A stretch of 64,000 bases of DNA from Octopus vulgaris. Lineage: Eukaryota. Made by a program: the position numbers and the translations under genes. The notes below the pieces were generated by a model that did not search any database, was not told the origin of the DNA, and was given only the letters and a program-made list of their open reading frames with translations. Location: contig OX597825.1 of assembly GCA_951406725.2 (NCBI GenBank), forward strand, positions 57,784,001-57,848,000, in the 5' to 3' direction. Of this stretch, positions 37,201 through 50,375 are shown in pieces (position 1 is the first letter of the stretch; each line of letters starts with the position of its first letter).

Positions 37201-37585
37201 GGCGCAGGAATGGCTGTGTGGTAAGTAGCTTGTTTACCAACCATATGGTTCCGGGTTCTTTGGGTAAGTGTCTTCTACTATAGCCTCGGGCCGACCAAAT
37301 CTTTGTGAGTGGATTTGGTAGACGGAAACTGAAAGAAACCCGTCGTATATATGTATATATAATGTGTGTGTGTGTTTGTGCGTCTGTGTTTGTCCCTCCT
37401 CGATATCGCTTGACAACTGATGCGTGTGTGTTTACGCCCCCGTCACTGAGCGGTTCGGCAAGAGAGTCGATACAATAAGTACTAGGCTTACAAAGAATAA
37501 GTCCTGGGGTCGATTTGCTCAACTAAAAGGCGGTGCTCCAGCATAGCCGCAGTCAAATGACTAAAACAAACAAAAGAATAAAAGA
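37201..37585 (+). mobile_element. Bipartite CORE-like tRNA SINE
   Basis: GGCGCAGGAATGGCTGTGTGGTAAG head, internal TA/TG tract, tail ..GCAGTCAAATGACTAAAAC. Confidence 0.9.
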
Positions 37586-37609
37586 ATATACATGTGTGTG
37601 CGTGTGTGC

Positions 37610-37713
<104 letters not shown>

Positions 37714-38073
37714 ATATATATAAATACATACGTATGTATGTATGTGTGTGTGTATACTGCCTTGGAAGATTTTAGTCAAACAAATATATTATGCTGGAAG
37801 TTGAAGTGCGTTTCTAAGATTATAATATCCAACATATTGAATGAGCGTAAATAATATGAAGCATACAGGACTCCAAATGGTTTGGGGATAACCTGTTGAT
37901 AACATCAAAAAATATTTGGAACAGTTTCCATCGCATATCCGTGACGCTAAGATACGGGTATGAAAACAACCCAACGCCGTTTGCCAAGCGATGATGGGAC
38001 AGAAATACAAGCACAAACATTCACACCACACACATACATATACATATGCATATGTGCCATTTGCATTCTCTTT

Positions 38074-38105
<32 letters not shown>

Positions 38106-38309
38106 TATATAAAGTGGATATACATAATATGCAGAGCAAATGTTAAAGCGTTTAAAAACAAAAGTCAGAGTGTCTCATCTACATAGACGCACTCCGATTA
38201 CAATGTAAGTAGCAATACAGTTTACTGTTGAATTCTAATTCGCCAACCAAAACATGAAATAATAAAAACATTAGCAGTAACAGAATGACTCATCTACTGA
38301 TTTGTCATG

Positions 38310-38343
<34 letters not shown>

Positions 38344-38669
38344 TGTATGTATGTATGTATGTATGTATTTTATGTATGTATGTATGTATGTATGTATGTA
38401 TGCAGGTATTTTATGTATGTATATATGTATGTATGTATGCATGTATTTTATGTATGTGCGTATTTATGTGTGTATATGCATACATACACACACACACACA
38501 CATCATAATTTACAGGGTATTCGGGATAAATTTGACGACATTTATGCCTCTTTTTTTTTTCATGAACAGCTTCATGTATTGGTGAACATTCAATGGCGTT
38601 GAAGAGCAGAAAGATCAAAATTGTAGTTGAAAAAATGTTAACTGACATAGAGGACTGGAAACTATCTGA

Positions 38670-38872
38670 ATGTTGGCACAAAACCATCAATTTTGGGGTG
38701 AGGGCAAGTAGATTACATTGACCGAAGTGCTGAACTGGTAGTTATTTTATCAACCCCAAAAGAATCAATGGGAAAGTTGACCCCGGCGGAATTTGAACGC
38801 AGAACGTACCGATGGACGAAATGCCACTAAGTATTTTGCCCGCATTCTAAAGAGTCTCCCAGCTCAGTGCCT
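38670..38872 (-). mobile_element. Meta-like SINE
   Basis: Homology to the family core. Confidence 0.8.
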
Positions 38873-38899
38873 TAAGCCATCTGAATTTAGGAAAAGACT

Positions 38900-39232
38900 C
38901 ACCTGTATCATGATGTTCTGCGTTAGGTATCAAAATGCCGGCATCAGGACTGCTATGCAACGCTCTGTGAACAATGTAAAAACTGTAAGACGTGATGTGG
39001 ACAACTATAACTGAGACTACGAAACCGTGGTCAGTATGAAGGGATACAGCAAGCGTTTAGATTGCGTTCGCACGCTGGTCTTCATCCCCACATGTTTGAG
39101 ATGGGCTTCGGGCTCAATTTAGACGGCTATGTGAAACTGCTGGAGACCCTGGTCATTTCCTGGCAGGAGAGGGTTGCTGATAAAAAGGCATATGTGTGGC
39201 AGCAGGATTTGGCTCCTTGCCAAACGTCCAGA
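38900..39232 (+). mobile_element. maT/DD37D-like transposase fragment
   Basis: GLNLDGYVKLLETLVISWQERVADKKAYVWQQDLAPCQTSR aligns with GLRLNTEAYIKCLEEVVPPWVKRMAAGRPYVWQQDSAPCHISR of the 62532 ORF. Confidence 0.8.
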
Positions 39233-40312
39233 ACATACACACATACATACATTCATGCATACTTACTCGCATATACATGTGTGTGTGTGCGTGCGTGTGG
39301 GCGTGCGTGTGCGCGTGCGTGAAATGCAATTACAACGACGATGTAACTATATCAACGAGGTGAAGCTGTAGTGATTACGTTGTCGCTGTTCTGGTGTTGG
39401 TGTTAAGAGGGTTGTAGTCGTGGTGGTGGGGATGCAAGTTTGGAAAAGAAGTTTCAGGAGATGAAATGTGAAACTTTAAACTATCTTCTACATAATGTGT
39501 AACAAGAATCTATGGTATCATCTGACTAACTAAACTCTTGGCATATTACAAACGTAGAAAGCTGACAAGGTTGTTCTGCAAAAACCTTGAATAAATCTAT
39601 CGCAGCTTCAACGTAGACTGTACAGTAGTTACTGGAAGAGGAACACTAGCAAAATATCAAGTTAAAGTCTGCAGAAAGTCTGTATATAGAAGGAAAAACG
39701 AGGAGTTAAATAAGATTGTCTTGTGCATGGGCAAAACGAAAGCAGAAATACCGAAGAGATGCTGAACAACAAGTGGGCGTTTTGAATGACATAGTAGCAA
39801 ATTGTCGTTTAAAATGATATAATTGCAAATGAACACAATCTAGTTGTAAACTGCAAATAAACGCAACCCAGTTGTAATTGTGTGATATTCTGAATTCAGT
39901 TGAGCTGCTACGTTAGATATTTTTCTTCTGATAAAACGTTAGATTTAAAAAATAACATGTGTGAAATTTGGTAAAACTTTTGCAGAGATGCAGCACGGAT
40001 TTTTGTCAGTGAACAGGTCGCGGTCTTATAGCGACGAAAATATTTTGACAAATTAAACTTAAATGTTGAAGTGAATCGTACGGCTTTTGTGTGTTTCTTA
40101 AATGGCTTACAAACACCTTCCACGCTGCAATTGTTTTGCAGAAACGTGTTTATATGATTAGGTATCTGAAGTAGTGGTGCTCTCTGTATGTGTTTTTGCA
40201 CTTTCGTTGTCTCTGTTGTTAACCATTGACGTAGGTTCTAAAAGGAGAAGCCCTACTTCTACTCCGAGTTATTTTATTGTTGCCTATTTTTCATGCAGGA
40301 AGGAGTTTTGTA

Positions 40313-41581
40313 TTAGGTTGAGTAAAGAGTAAGCAACGTTTTGAACCATGAAGAATTTACACCGGATTTAAGTAGAGTTTTGAATTTTTTAAAACATATT
40401 TTTGCTGTTGTCTGATAGGACAGATATAGACAGGCCAAAATGCATCAATAAATTAACATAGATATTTTTTTCGCCGTTGTTACAATCATCTGAAATGGAA
40501 CTGTCAAAGCGCAATATTCGAGCAATTTTGCTTTTCAACTTCGAAAAAGGGCGTAAAACAGCTGAAACTACTCGCGATATAAACGAAACGTTTGGTGAGG
40601 AAATGACCAGTGAATGGTCAGCTCGAAAATGATTTAAACGATTTCGCATTGGAGACCTGACCTTGAAAATCGTGAGTATAGTGGATTCCCATCTGTCATC
40701 GATGACGGTCAATTAAAGGCCGTCGTTGAGAAAGATCCACGTAAAACCACTTGAGAACTGGCAAAAGGACTTCAAGGTAGCCAGAAAACTGCCTGCAACT
40801 ATTTGCATGCGATCGGAAAATCAAAAAAGCTCTACGAATGGGTACCAGACGATTTGAATGAAAATTAGAAAATGTGCAGGTATGAAATTTGCTCGTCACT
40901 AATTCTCCGTAACCAGACCGATCCATTTCTCGACCGTCATTGTAACTTGCGATGAAAAGTGGATTCTGTACAATAACAAAAAACGTTATTCGCAGTGGTT
41001 GAACCAAAATGAAGCACCGAAAACCTTCCCTAAACCCTAGCTCTTCAAAAAAAAGTTATGCTGACTGTTTGGTGGTGTGCTACTGGACTCATCCACTAAA
41101 AACCCGGAAAAACCATTACTGCAGAAGCATATTGCTATGAAATTGTCAAAATGAACGAAAAACTGCTACTCGTCTGTTCCGCACTGGTCAACAGAAGAGG
41201 GCCAATCATTCTCATTGACAATGCTCGACTACACGTTTCACTAATAACGCTCCAGAAGTGGAGGGAACTTGGCTACGATGATCTTCCCCACCCAGCTTAT
41301 TAAGACCGCTCTCCTATCGACTACCACTTTTTCAAGTACCTTGATGGTTTTTTGCAAGAGGAGAAGTTAAAAAATCAAACCGCTGCTGAAAGTGCGCTCA
41401 ATGAGTTCAGCTCCAGAACTCCATATTTTTATGTTACAGGAATAAACAAACTTATAAGTTGTTGGCTAAAATGTGTTGACTGCAATAGTACTTACTTTAA
41501 TGAATAAAATTTCCGCATTCTTTAAATATATTGTGATGAATTTCATGTTTCAAAACGTTGCTTACTTTTTACTCAGCCTAA
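40313..41581 (+). mobile_element. Full-length mariner transposon (Hsmar1/cecropia-like, decayed)
   Basis: TIRs TTAGGTTGAGTAAAGAGTAAGCAACGTTTTGAA / TTCAAAACGTTGCTTACTTTTTACTCAGCCTAA. Confidence 0.95.
40495..41507 (+). pseudogene. Mariner transposase pseudogene
   Basis: MELSKRNIRAILLFNFEKGRKTAETTRDIN, WVPDDL, VTCDEKWILY, DNARLH and SPIDYHFF motifs with many stops and frameshifts. Confidence 0.93.
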
Positions 41582-41760
41582 ATAAATATACCACTTGCCG
41601 TGAGCAATAACTTTACATGTGAGAGTAGTTTCGTTTGGTAGTTTCTGAGGTTTCATACTTATAGTAAGGCATTTATGTATATATGTATGTGTGTGTATAT
41701 ATAAGTAAAAATGCTAGTTCTAAAATCTCTCTAAGAGATCAACGCTGCAGTTGTACTAAC

Positions 41761-42003
41761 AAGTAATGTTCGTAGTCACTTCAGCATGGTTGTCCATTCG
41801 AACGAACTTTACTGCGATTTTTTAACACCCAACAATCTCCCTCCGTTGGTTAACGATGTACAGTTGCATTTGAGATGTTGCTCCCCTGCTCGCAATATCG
41901 TGGATACAACTGTGCATCGTTAATCAGCAAGAGGAGATATCCTCCGGAGTTAGGAAATCCGTTCAAACGGACAGCCATGTTGAAGTGGCTACGAACGTTA
42001 CTT
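41761..42003. repeat. Long imperfect inverted repeat (fold-back)
   Basis: Outer arms 41761-41806 / 41958-42003; inner arms 41835-41881 / 41892-41938; 10-nt loop. Confidence 0.88.
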
Positions 42004-42004
42004 T

Positions 42005-42072
<68 letters not shown>

Positions 42073-42531
42073 CACACACACATACACACACATATACATA
42101 TATATATATACTAGAAAGACTGCCTTCCTGGCTAACAGGCTCTATCTACCCGAAAGAACATATTCTAGTTAACCCATAACTGTGACCGTAACAAATGCTA
42201 CTACTCTAGGTCAAAGTAGGTATAGGAACAATAGGAGCTAAGAGGTGGTTTTACACTCTTCAAAACTTAGGAACTCCGGTACCGAGGTCCCAACTACTGA
42301 ACGCAGACCAGATGGAAAATAAAAGAGGCAGAGATCAGGCGTCGAAGACGTAAAGAGTGACTCACATCTCCCCTGCGATAAATTCCCCCATTTCTTACAT
42401 CGCCCTTGACCTGAACAGTCACCTGCAGCGGCGGCACTCTTCACACTCATCAGAATGAATAGGATCAATCACGCGCTACAGATATATTACTTGGATACGA
42501 GTTAATGCCGCGCTGACGACGATAATATATG

Positions 42532-42563
<32 letters not shown>

Positions 42564-42601
42564 TGTATGTATGTATGTATGTATGTATGTATGTATGTAT
42601 G

Positions 42602-42657
<56 letters not shown>

Positions 42658-43230
42658 TATATTATATTATATTATATTATATTATATTATATTATATTAT
42701 ATACATATAATTGTGACAGAGATAGAGAGAAGAGAGAGAGATAGACTGCAATACATACATACTAGCATACATACGTACGTACATACATGCATACATACAT
42801 ACATACACATACATATATACTTCGACACATGGATACATACATTCATGCATATATATATTCATACATACGTACATGTACATATTCATACAGGATATCTGTC
42901 AGACAAGCAAAAACAAAAAATTGACCTCCAATATATATATATATATATATATACTGCAGAATATAAGACGATAAGTACTATATATAGTTTAATTTTTCCA
43001 TGCAATATGACAAGCAGGTCGGTTAGATGTGCCCGTAGGACTGAGGCCTTACAATGAACACCAGGTTGTTTTAATAAAACGTCACAAATATAGATACAGA
43101 GAAATGTCACGGTAACCTAATCTGTATGAAGTGCAGCTTGATAGGCCACAGGAAGATTAAACTTACTTCCATAAATGCAAACAAACATGTGCATACGTAC
43201 ATATATAAAATATACATTTACGTCATATAC

Positions 43231-43262
43231 ACTAGCAGAAAAGCCGGCCTCCGGGCGGTTTT
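43231..43262 (-). mobile_element. Possible Helitron 3' terminus
   Basis: Minus strand shows a CCGG-AGG-CCGG hairpin followed ~9 nt later by CTAG then T. Confidence 0.35.
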
Positions 43263-43639
43263 CCTCGTACTCGCTAAATAATACTTACACAGCTAATTAT
43301 CTAATTACCAATCTGTGTAATTTTTCTGTTACGTCTACTTTCCTTTTATATCTTTTATTCTTCACTTGTTCTTTAAATATTTCTTTCATCATTTTATCGG
43401 TCTTAATCTCTTTCTTTTAAACAAACTCAAAGGTAGTTCATTCTCTACGTGGCTATTTATTACGCTAGAAATAGCAGGATCAATGGGGACATCAGAAGAA
43501 TTCGTCACTTTGTATAATCGTGAACTGGATTGCACACATAGTATGCAGTGGAAAAAAACACTTTTAAAAATTCACTGCAATTTCGAATACCTGTGATTGT
43601 ATAACATTTCTTCTGCATTAATTTTCCGTTGTTTATATA

Positions 43640-43706
<67 letters not shown>

Positions 43707-43944
43707 TATACATCTTTGTATGTTTTAGTATTAATAAACTGTATAAACACACAACTACAAATGTACAGAGATGGAAAACACGTCTTCATTCCACTTTCAT
43801 CATGTTAAGTACGATAATATAAACAGTATCTCAGTAAATATATCGGGAATATATAAACAAATAAGTTGTGCACAGAGGGAGAGAGAGAGAGGGAGAGAGA
43901 GAGAGAGAGAGAGATAAAGAGAAAGAGAAAGAGAGAGAAACAAA

Positions 43945-43987
43945 ATTGCTGAAGAGGTCACAGAATGTGTGACGAAAGAATTCTGAT
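43945..43987 (+). ncRNA. Minimal hammerhead motif with canonical core
   Basis: CTGAAGA G GTCACA-GAATG-TGTGAC GAA AG-AA-TT C; same stem II as 15729-15773; stem I is weak. Confidence 0.55.
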
Positions 43988-44065
43988 AACAAAGCTAAAG
44001 TGAACATCAAGTAAATGGTGCGTGTGTTAATTGGCAATGAGAAAGAAAATGACCATCCCCATATA

Positions 44066-45344
44066 TTAGGTCGTTAAGTATGAAATTTGTAGTAAGGTAA
44101 ACTTTGACAGTTGCTTATTTTGTGGCATTATTATATTTTGACAATCTTTATTTTTTGTTAGAAAGCTGACACATCTATTATTTTATTCTAATCACTTTGC
44201 GCTTTATAAAGTATTCATAAATCGTTTTTTGCTATTTTTGTTTAGAAATGATGGGTAAGTCAGAAATTCGTACAGTTTTGAAATATGAGTTCTTTCTTGG
44301 AAATACAGCATTACAGACAGTTCGGAATATTAATGGAGTGTTTCATTCTAACGTTATTACACAGCAGACAGTATCAAGTTGGTTTGCAAAATTTCGTTCT
44401 GGTAACTTTGACCTCACAAATGAGCAAAGCGGTCGACCAGAAACAAAGGTGGATAATGACGAACTGAAAGCCAGCGTCGAGTCAGAGTCATCTCAAAGTG
44501 CCCGTGAGTTGTCGTTGTTGTTTGGTGTTAGCAAACAAACAGTATTGACTCACCTAGTTCAAATCGGTAAAGTGAAAAAGTTGGATAAGTGGGTTCCACA
44601 TGAGCTCAATGAAAATCAGAAACAGCAACGTTTGGAAGCCTGCATTATGCTGCTTTCTCGTCACAAAAATGAATCATTATTGAATCGAATTGTAACATGT
44701 GATGAGAAATTGATCCAATATAACGACCATACACGTTCAGCACAATGGTTGGACAAAGACGAGCCACTAAAACACAGTCCAAAATGCAAAATTCATCAAA
44801 AGAAGCTGACAGGGTGTATTTGGTGGTCTGGCGCACGTGTGATCCATTATGATTTCATTAAACCTGGCTCATCAATCACGGCCGACGTATACTGCATCCA
44901 ACTGGACCAAATGATGCAGAAACTTACAAAAAGAAACGGCCTAGATTAGTCAACAGATCCACTCTTATTTTATTGCAAGACAACGCCAGACCACACATCA
45001 CAAAGATGACATTGGCGAAACAACAGGAGTTGGAGTTGGAAGTTCACCATCATCCACCATACTCACCTGATCTTGCCCCCACTGACTACCACTTCTAGAA
45101 TTTGGATAACCTTTTGATTGGAAAAAGATTTAATTCTGACGATGCTGTAAAACAGGTCTTCCAAGATTTTATTGACTCTAGATTGCCAGGCTTTTACAGT
45201 TCTGGGCTGGACAAGTTACCGCTGAAATGGCAAAAGTGTATTGACAATATGAGTGCATCCTTTGATGAATAAAACTATTCCTTGTATTTATAAAACATTA
45301 GCAAACTTTTTTCTTTTCTACTAATTTCATGCTTCACGACCTAA
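44066..45344 (+). mobile_element. Full-length mariner transposon (cecropia-like)
   Basis: TIRs TTAGGTCGTTAAGTATGAAATT / AATTTCATGCTTCACGACCTAA with TA flanks. Confidence 0.95.
44248..45272 (+). pseudogene. Mariner DD34D transposase pseudogene
   Basis: 233-aa open N-terminal part (WVPHEL, IVTCDEK), a frameshift near 44930, then LQDNARPH and YSPDLAPTDYHF followed by a stop. Confidence 0.95.
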
Positions 45345-45414
45345 TATATATATATATATGGCGGTGCCCCAGCATGGCCACAGCTCATTAGCTGAAACTG
45401 GAAAAATCAAAAGC

Positions 45415-45458
<44 letters not shown>

Positions 45459-45778
45459 GTTGCTGTTCCTGGGATCGATTTGCTCGACTAAAGGCGGTGC
45501 AGTAACATTGCCGCAGTCAAATGACTGAAACAAATAAAAGAATTTCTTAGTTTCTTGGTTTAAGGTGGTTTTGCTGTATACATAATACCAAACTTTGATA
45601 GTGAGTGATTGTCTTTCATAGGAATTCTGATTCTGGTAAGAATAACCACTTGCTCAGGGAATTACCTACCTATCTACCTACCTATCTCCATACATACATA
45701 CATACATACATACATACATACATACATACATACATACATACATACATACATACATTGGGAACGGTGTATCTCAAAGCG

Positions 45779-45945
45779 AATAAAGCTATAAATAGTAATG
45801 TATAAATATTGGGTTAAAAACCCTTTGGATAGTAAAATTCGAAGGCTGCTCGTGGAACACGAACCCACATGGACAACGTCCAACCTTTTCTATCAAAAAG
45901 GTTTTTTTTACCCAATATTTATATGCTATTTTTTATAGCTTTATT
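45779..45945. repeat. Imperfect inverted repeat with a structured loop
   Basis: AT-rich arms ~45779-45836 / 45886-45945; the loop holds TCGTG-GAA-CACGA and TGGAC-AAC-GTCCA. Confidence 0.8.
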
Positions 45946-46063
45946 TTCTTTATTTGCGTGGAGATACACAGTTTAAAATTCTTATGACGTCAACAAACAT
46001 ACATACATACATACATACATACATACATACATACATACATACATACATACATACATACATACA

Positions 46064-46095
<32 letters not shown>

Positions 46096-46849
46096 CATCC
46101 CTATCTACAGACACATTACATCACACGACTAATTAGAAAAATATTTAAGTAGAAAACTCGCGAAGTTTAATAATTCTCGACTCAGCTGAGGACGAAAGCA
46201 CTAAGATTCTTGGGAGAAACGTCGACAGCCCACATAAATTCAAGATCAAGCTTGTGTGGAATAACAAATTGACCGAATTGCCTTACACCTCAGGGCTGTA
46301 TTTTCTATTAATTGAGATAATCTTCTTAGAATTAGTAAAATGTAGACTTTTCAGAGAAAACTACCTCAGATCTTTAATCATTTTAAATGTGTCAAATTTC
46401 GACACATAGTAGTGAGGTTATCCGCTGAAAATAGCAACTAAAATTCCACCAAATAATTTTGTATTGTCTTAGAAAAGTGAAGAACACATTGGATAATGTT
46501 GTCCTAAATTACAATGTTATACCATAATGTAGTATTGTAATGTAAAAGAATTTTGTAGATTACATGAGAAAAAAAATAAGATAAAGCCAGATATCTCGAC
46601 ATAATGATAACCGATCTTAAATGTTGGTTGGTTGGTTGGTTAGTTGATCAATTGAATTCTTCAGTCATGCATTAGATCTTATAGAAAGAGCGCAAGAAAC
46701 TAAACGAGAGCTGCAAAGTAAGAGGGAGAGAGAAAGAGAGTGAGAAAGAGAAAGAGGATACAGACAGAGTGAGAGAGTGTTAACATAAGAGGTGTGGGAT
46801 GGGTGCTTATACTAGGTTTTGGTGGCAGGCAATGGGTAAATGAGCGTTA

Positions 46850-47100
46850 CATACAGGCTAGCCTTGTGCCAAAATTTGAAATTATTATATGTAAGCCAAA
46901 GACAGCGAGTTGGCAGACTCGTTAGTACACCAGGCTTAGCTGCAATCTGTTCGTCTGTACGTTTCCAGTTCAAATTGTACCGTGATCGACGTTGCCTTTC
47001 ATACTTTCGGGGTCGATAAAAGAAGTACCACCTCAGCACTGAGATCGACTTACCTCTTGTCCCAGAATTGCTGGCCTTGTGCCAAAATTTGAAACCATTA
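46850..47100 (+). mobile_element. Meta-like SINE preceded by a duplicated tail fragment
   Basis: GCCTTGTGCCAAAATTTGAAA at 46861 and 47074; core at 46990-47030. Confidence 0.8.
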
Positions 47101-47128
47101 TTTTATGTAAGCCATATTTCTTGATATT

Positions 47129-47388
47129 GTGGAGGCGCGTAGCTTTGTGGTTAGGGCGTCAGCATCAAGATCGTAAGATTGTGGTTTCGATTGCTCGACT
47201 GGGCGACGCGTTGTGTTTTTGAGCAAAACATTTCTTTTCGCGTTGCTCCAGTCCACTCAGCTGGCAAAAATGAGTAACGCTGCGATGGACTGGAGTCCCG
47301 TCCAGCTGGGGAACACATACGCCAATGAAACCGGGAAACCGGGCCCATGAGCCTGGCTAGGCTTTAAAAGGGCGCATTTATTGTTTAA
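47129..47388 (+). mobile_element. tRNA-derived SINE (CORE-like plus V-like segment) with ~16-bp TSD
   Basis: GGAGGCGCGTAGCTTTGTGGTTAGGG head; GCGATGGACTGGAGTCCCGTCCAG; CATATTTC(T/C)TGATATT on both flanks. Confidence 0.9.
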
Positions 47389-48172
47389 TCATATTTCCTG
47401 ATATTACTCGTGGGACAAAGATATACTTCCAAAGTTACCTATCATATGATGAGTAACACACTAATGTGTGAGTGTGTGTGTGTGTGTGTGTTTAACGGGA
47501 AAATGTAATTCCAAATTAAGACTGTCCTTTTAATGATTGTTTAGAGATCGTCTTTTCGAAGGACAGGATTTGGTTGGTTATTTGCTGCCGCTGTGGAAAT
47601 CTTCAGCCTTAGAAGGACTTCTATAAGCACATCTGTTATAAAGGTATTAAAGATGTGTTAACCATCACCTGAGTTCAAATTCCGCCGATGTCGACTTTGC
47701 CTTTCATCCATCGGAATCGATAAAATAAGTACCAGTTAAGCAGTGTTGCCGATGTAACTCGCCTTGAAACTGCTGACTTTGTGCCAAACTTTGAAACCAA
47801 TTAATAGAAATGATATTTTTCCTTAAAAAATTACCTTATAATATGTTCTAGCAAAGATAAAATGCTAACGCCTGCCATTGTAATGACCAGTACAATTTTA
47901 GACTGATATAGCAAATTCATATTGAAGCCAATATACGTATAGTACAAAACTAATAATTCATGCTTATGATACTTATGAATTTATCCATGGTTTCACTTAA
48001 ATTAATATCTTCAGCTCTAAGTTTTACTGATGAAAAATACAAGTGAACGTAACGCATCATGTACGACTGGCGAGTTAAGTTAGTTTCTCAAGCCTAACCA
48101 TATCAAACTATTATTAAACAATATGAATGTGCTTATATAATATAACATAATATTGTGTAATATAATAACTTC

Positions 48173-48204
<32 letters not shown>

Positions 48205-48365
48205 AATGTTTCCTTCTTGAGCCATGCTAGGCTCATAAGCGCCGGTTTCCCGGATTCAGTGGCATATATATTCCCCAGCTGGATGGGATGCCAATCCATC
48301 GCATGATTACTTATTTTTGCCAGCTGAGTGGACTGGAGCAATGTGAAATGAAGTGTTTTGCTCTG
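48205..48365 (-). mobile_element. Partial SINE of the 47129 family
   Basis: TTTTTGCCAGCTGAGTGGACTGGAGCAATGTGAAATGAAGTGTTTTGCTC. Confidence 0.85.
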
Positions 48366-48414
48366 GCAAAATTGAAAAAAAGCCAGTTGCCTAAATTTTG
48401 GAGCACCCTGTATA

Positions 48415-48488
<74 letters not shown>

Positions 48489-48623
48489 AATAAGAAAATG
48501 GAGGAACAGATTCCTTTCAATCATCAACTTACAGATAATACCAATTCATATAATTTATTAACTAATTAAATAGGAACATCTAAATCCAACAATAAAACAG
48601 AATAAAACAATATACATCAATAT

Positions 48624-48747
<124 letters not shown>

Positions 48748-49384
48748 ATATACAACGTCAGCATCGCTAAATGGCTTACCACTTCATACGACTCGATGTT
48801 ATTATTCTTTAGTTTCAAAACTGTTTTGGATGTGTGTCTTTGGTTGATTTTGATTTTCATCTTACAACGTTATTAGTTTTTTTTTTCTTTCTAGTTTTGC
48901 ATATTTCAGGTTCTTATGATTACCATAATGCTGATATGCGTTATATTTCTTCTCCCTTGATAAACTGCTGCATTAAAAGACAAACAACTTATTTTATCTG
49001 TTTGAGAAGAAACAATGTAAAACTAATTTCCAATCACCATTAAAAAAGAAATGGTTTCTTTCTTCGGTACTCTCTTGGTCTTTTGCGACATTTTGACGTA
49101 AGACCGAAAGACGTGAGTTAAGAATCATAAAACACTCTGAAGCAAAGAGACTACCAACAACACATTCAGCATCGGATTACGAACTGACATCAAATGAAGG
49201 AAACACGACGTAAATAGCTGGTGCAGCGTTACCAAATGCTTGTTGCACTATAAATCTGGTTCAGCTATGCGGGGTTTCATGTGTTTTGTGCTAAACATAA
49301 ACTTTCTATATAGTATTAATAGAAGTCAAACGGGAATGTTTTTATGGATAGTTTTGCAAATATTTAATAACAATAGAATAAATA

Positions 49385-49592
49385 TAATTCTTTCTGCAAT
49401 AGATACGATGCCTGAAATTTTGGTAGAAGCGGGGGCTAGTCGATAACATCGACCCTGTGATTAACTGGTATTTAATTGATCGAGCCCGAAAGAATGAAAG
49501 CAAAGTCCACCTCGGGGAAATTTGAGCACAAAACATAAAGACGGATGGAATGCCGCCAAGTATTTTGTTCGGTGAGCTAACGATTCTGCCAG
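49385..49592 (-). mobile_element. Meta-like SINE
   Basis: Homology to the family core. Confidence 0.8.
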
Positions 49593-50169
49593 AATAAATA
49601 TAAGGCTATATATTTTTTAATACAAAATCTAGGCTCTCTGAGTTAAGATCCCTTTGTGGTCAACATTGTCCCCCGTTCTTTCGGTGTCGATAAATAAAAG
49701 GTACCAATCTAGGGCAATGCTTCGCCAGAACTGTTAGCAAGTCGGGCGACATGTCTTCCGATATCTCTTCCGGGTCTTTTGTTCCGACAGTAACACTAGT
49801 TCCAAGCTCTAACTGCCTAAGACGGCGGTCACACTTCAGGTTTTCAAATGCCTCAGGCTCCTCGTCCTAGTCCTACTGATACTTAAAATTATTTTGATTG
49901 TAAGCTTACTCGGTTGAGTTTTATATGGGATGGAACACCAGCTACAACAAAAACAACTGCAACAACAACAACAACAATTTCTACCTGTTTAGTAATACGT
50001 TTAAAAAATACAATAGAGGCTAGCTGCTTTGTGCCACACACAATATAAACAAAACATGAAGAGAAGTCTACAGGGAACACCTCGGTGTGGTCCCGCTATC
50101 TATTAGAAATAGTGAACGAATCGTCCTCAAATTTCATATTAAAAATTAAAGGATATACGGGAATAGTAA

Positions 50170-50375
50170 TTATTTCAAGGCCATCAACTTTATGGAAAGA
50201 GTAAGTCGATTACATCGACCACAGTTCTGGGTTGGTACTTTATCTTATCGAACCTGAAAGGATAGATGGCAAAGTTGACCTAGGTGGGATTTGAACTCAG
50301 AACATAAAAGAGTCGGAAAACTGCCGCTAGGCATTTTGTCCGATACACTAATGAATCTGTCTGCTCACCGCTTTT
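50170..50375 (-). mobile_element. Meta-like SINE
   Basis: Homology to the family core. Confidence 0.8.

Noticed and set aside
42420-42480. Minus-strand CTGATGAG and a Cys-rich micro-exon ([17 protein letters not shown])
   Set aside because: No stem II or GAAA follows, so it is not a hammerhead; the acceptor lacks a polypyrimidine tract.
46185-46230. CTGAGGA..GAAACGTC hammerhead-like words
   Set aside because: Neither stem I nor stem II can be paired convincingly.
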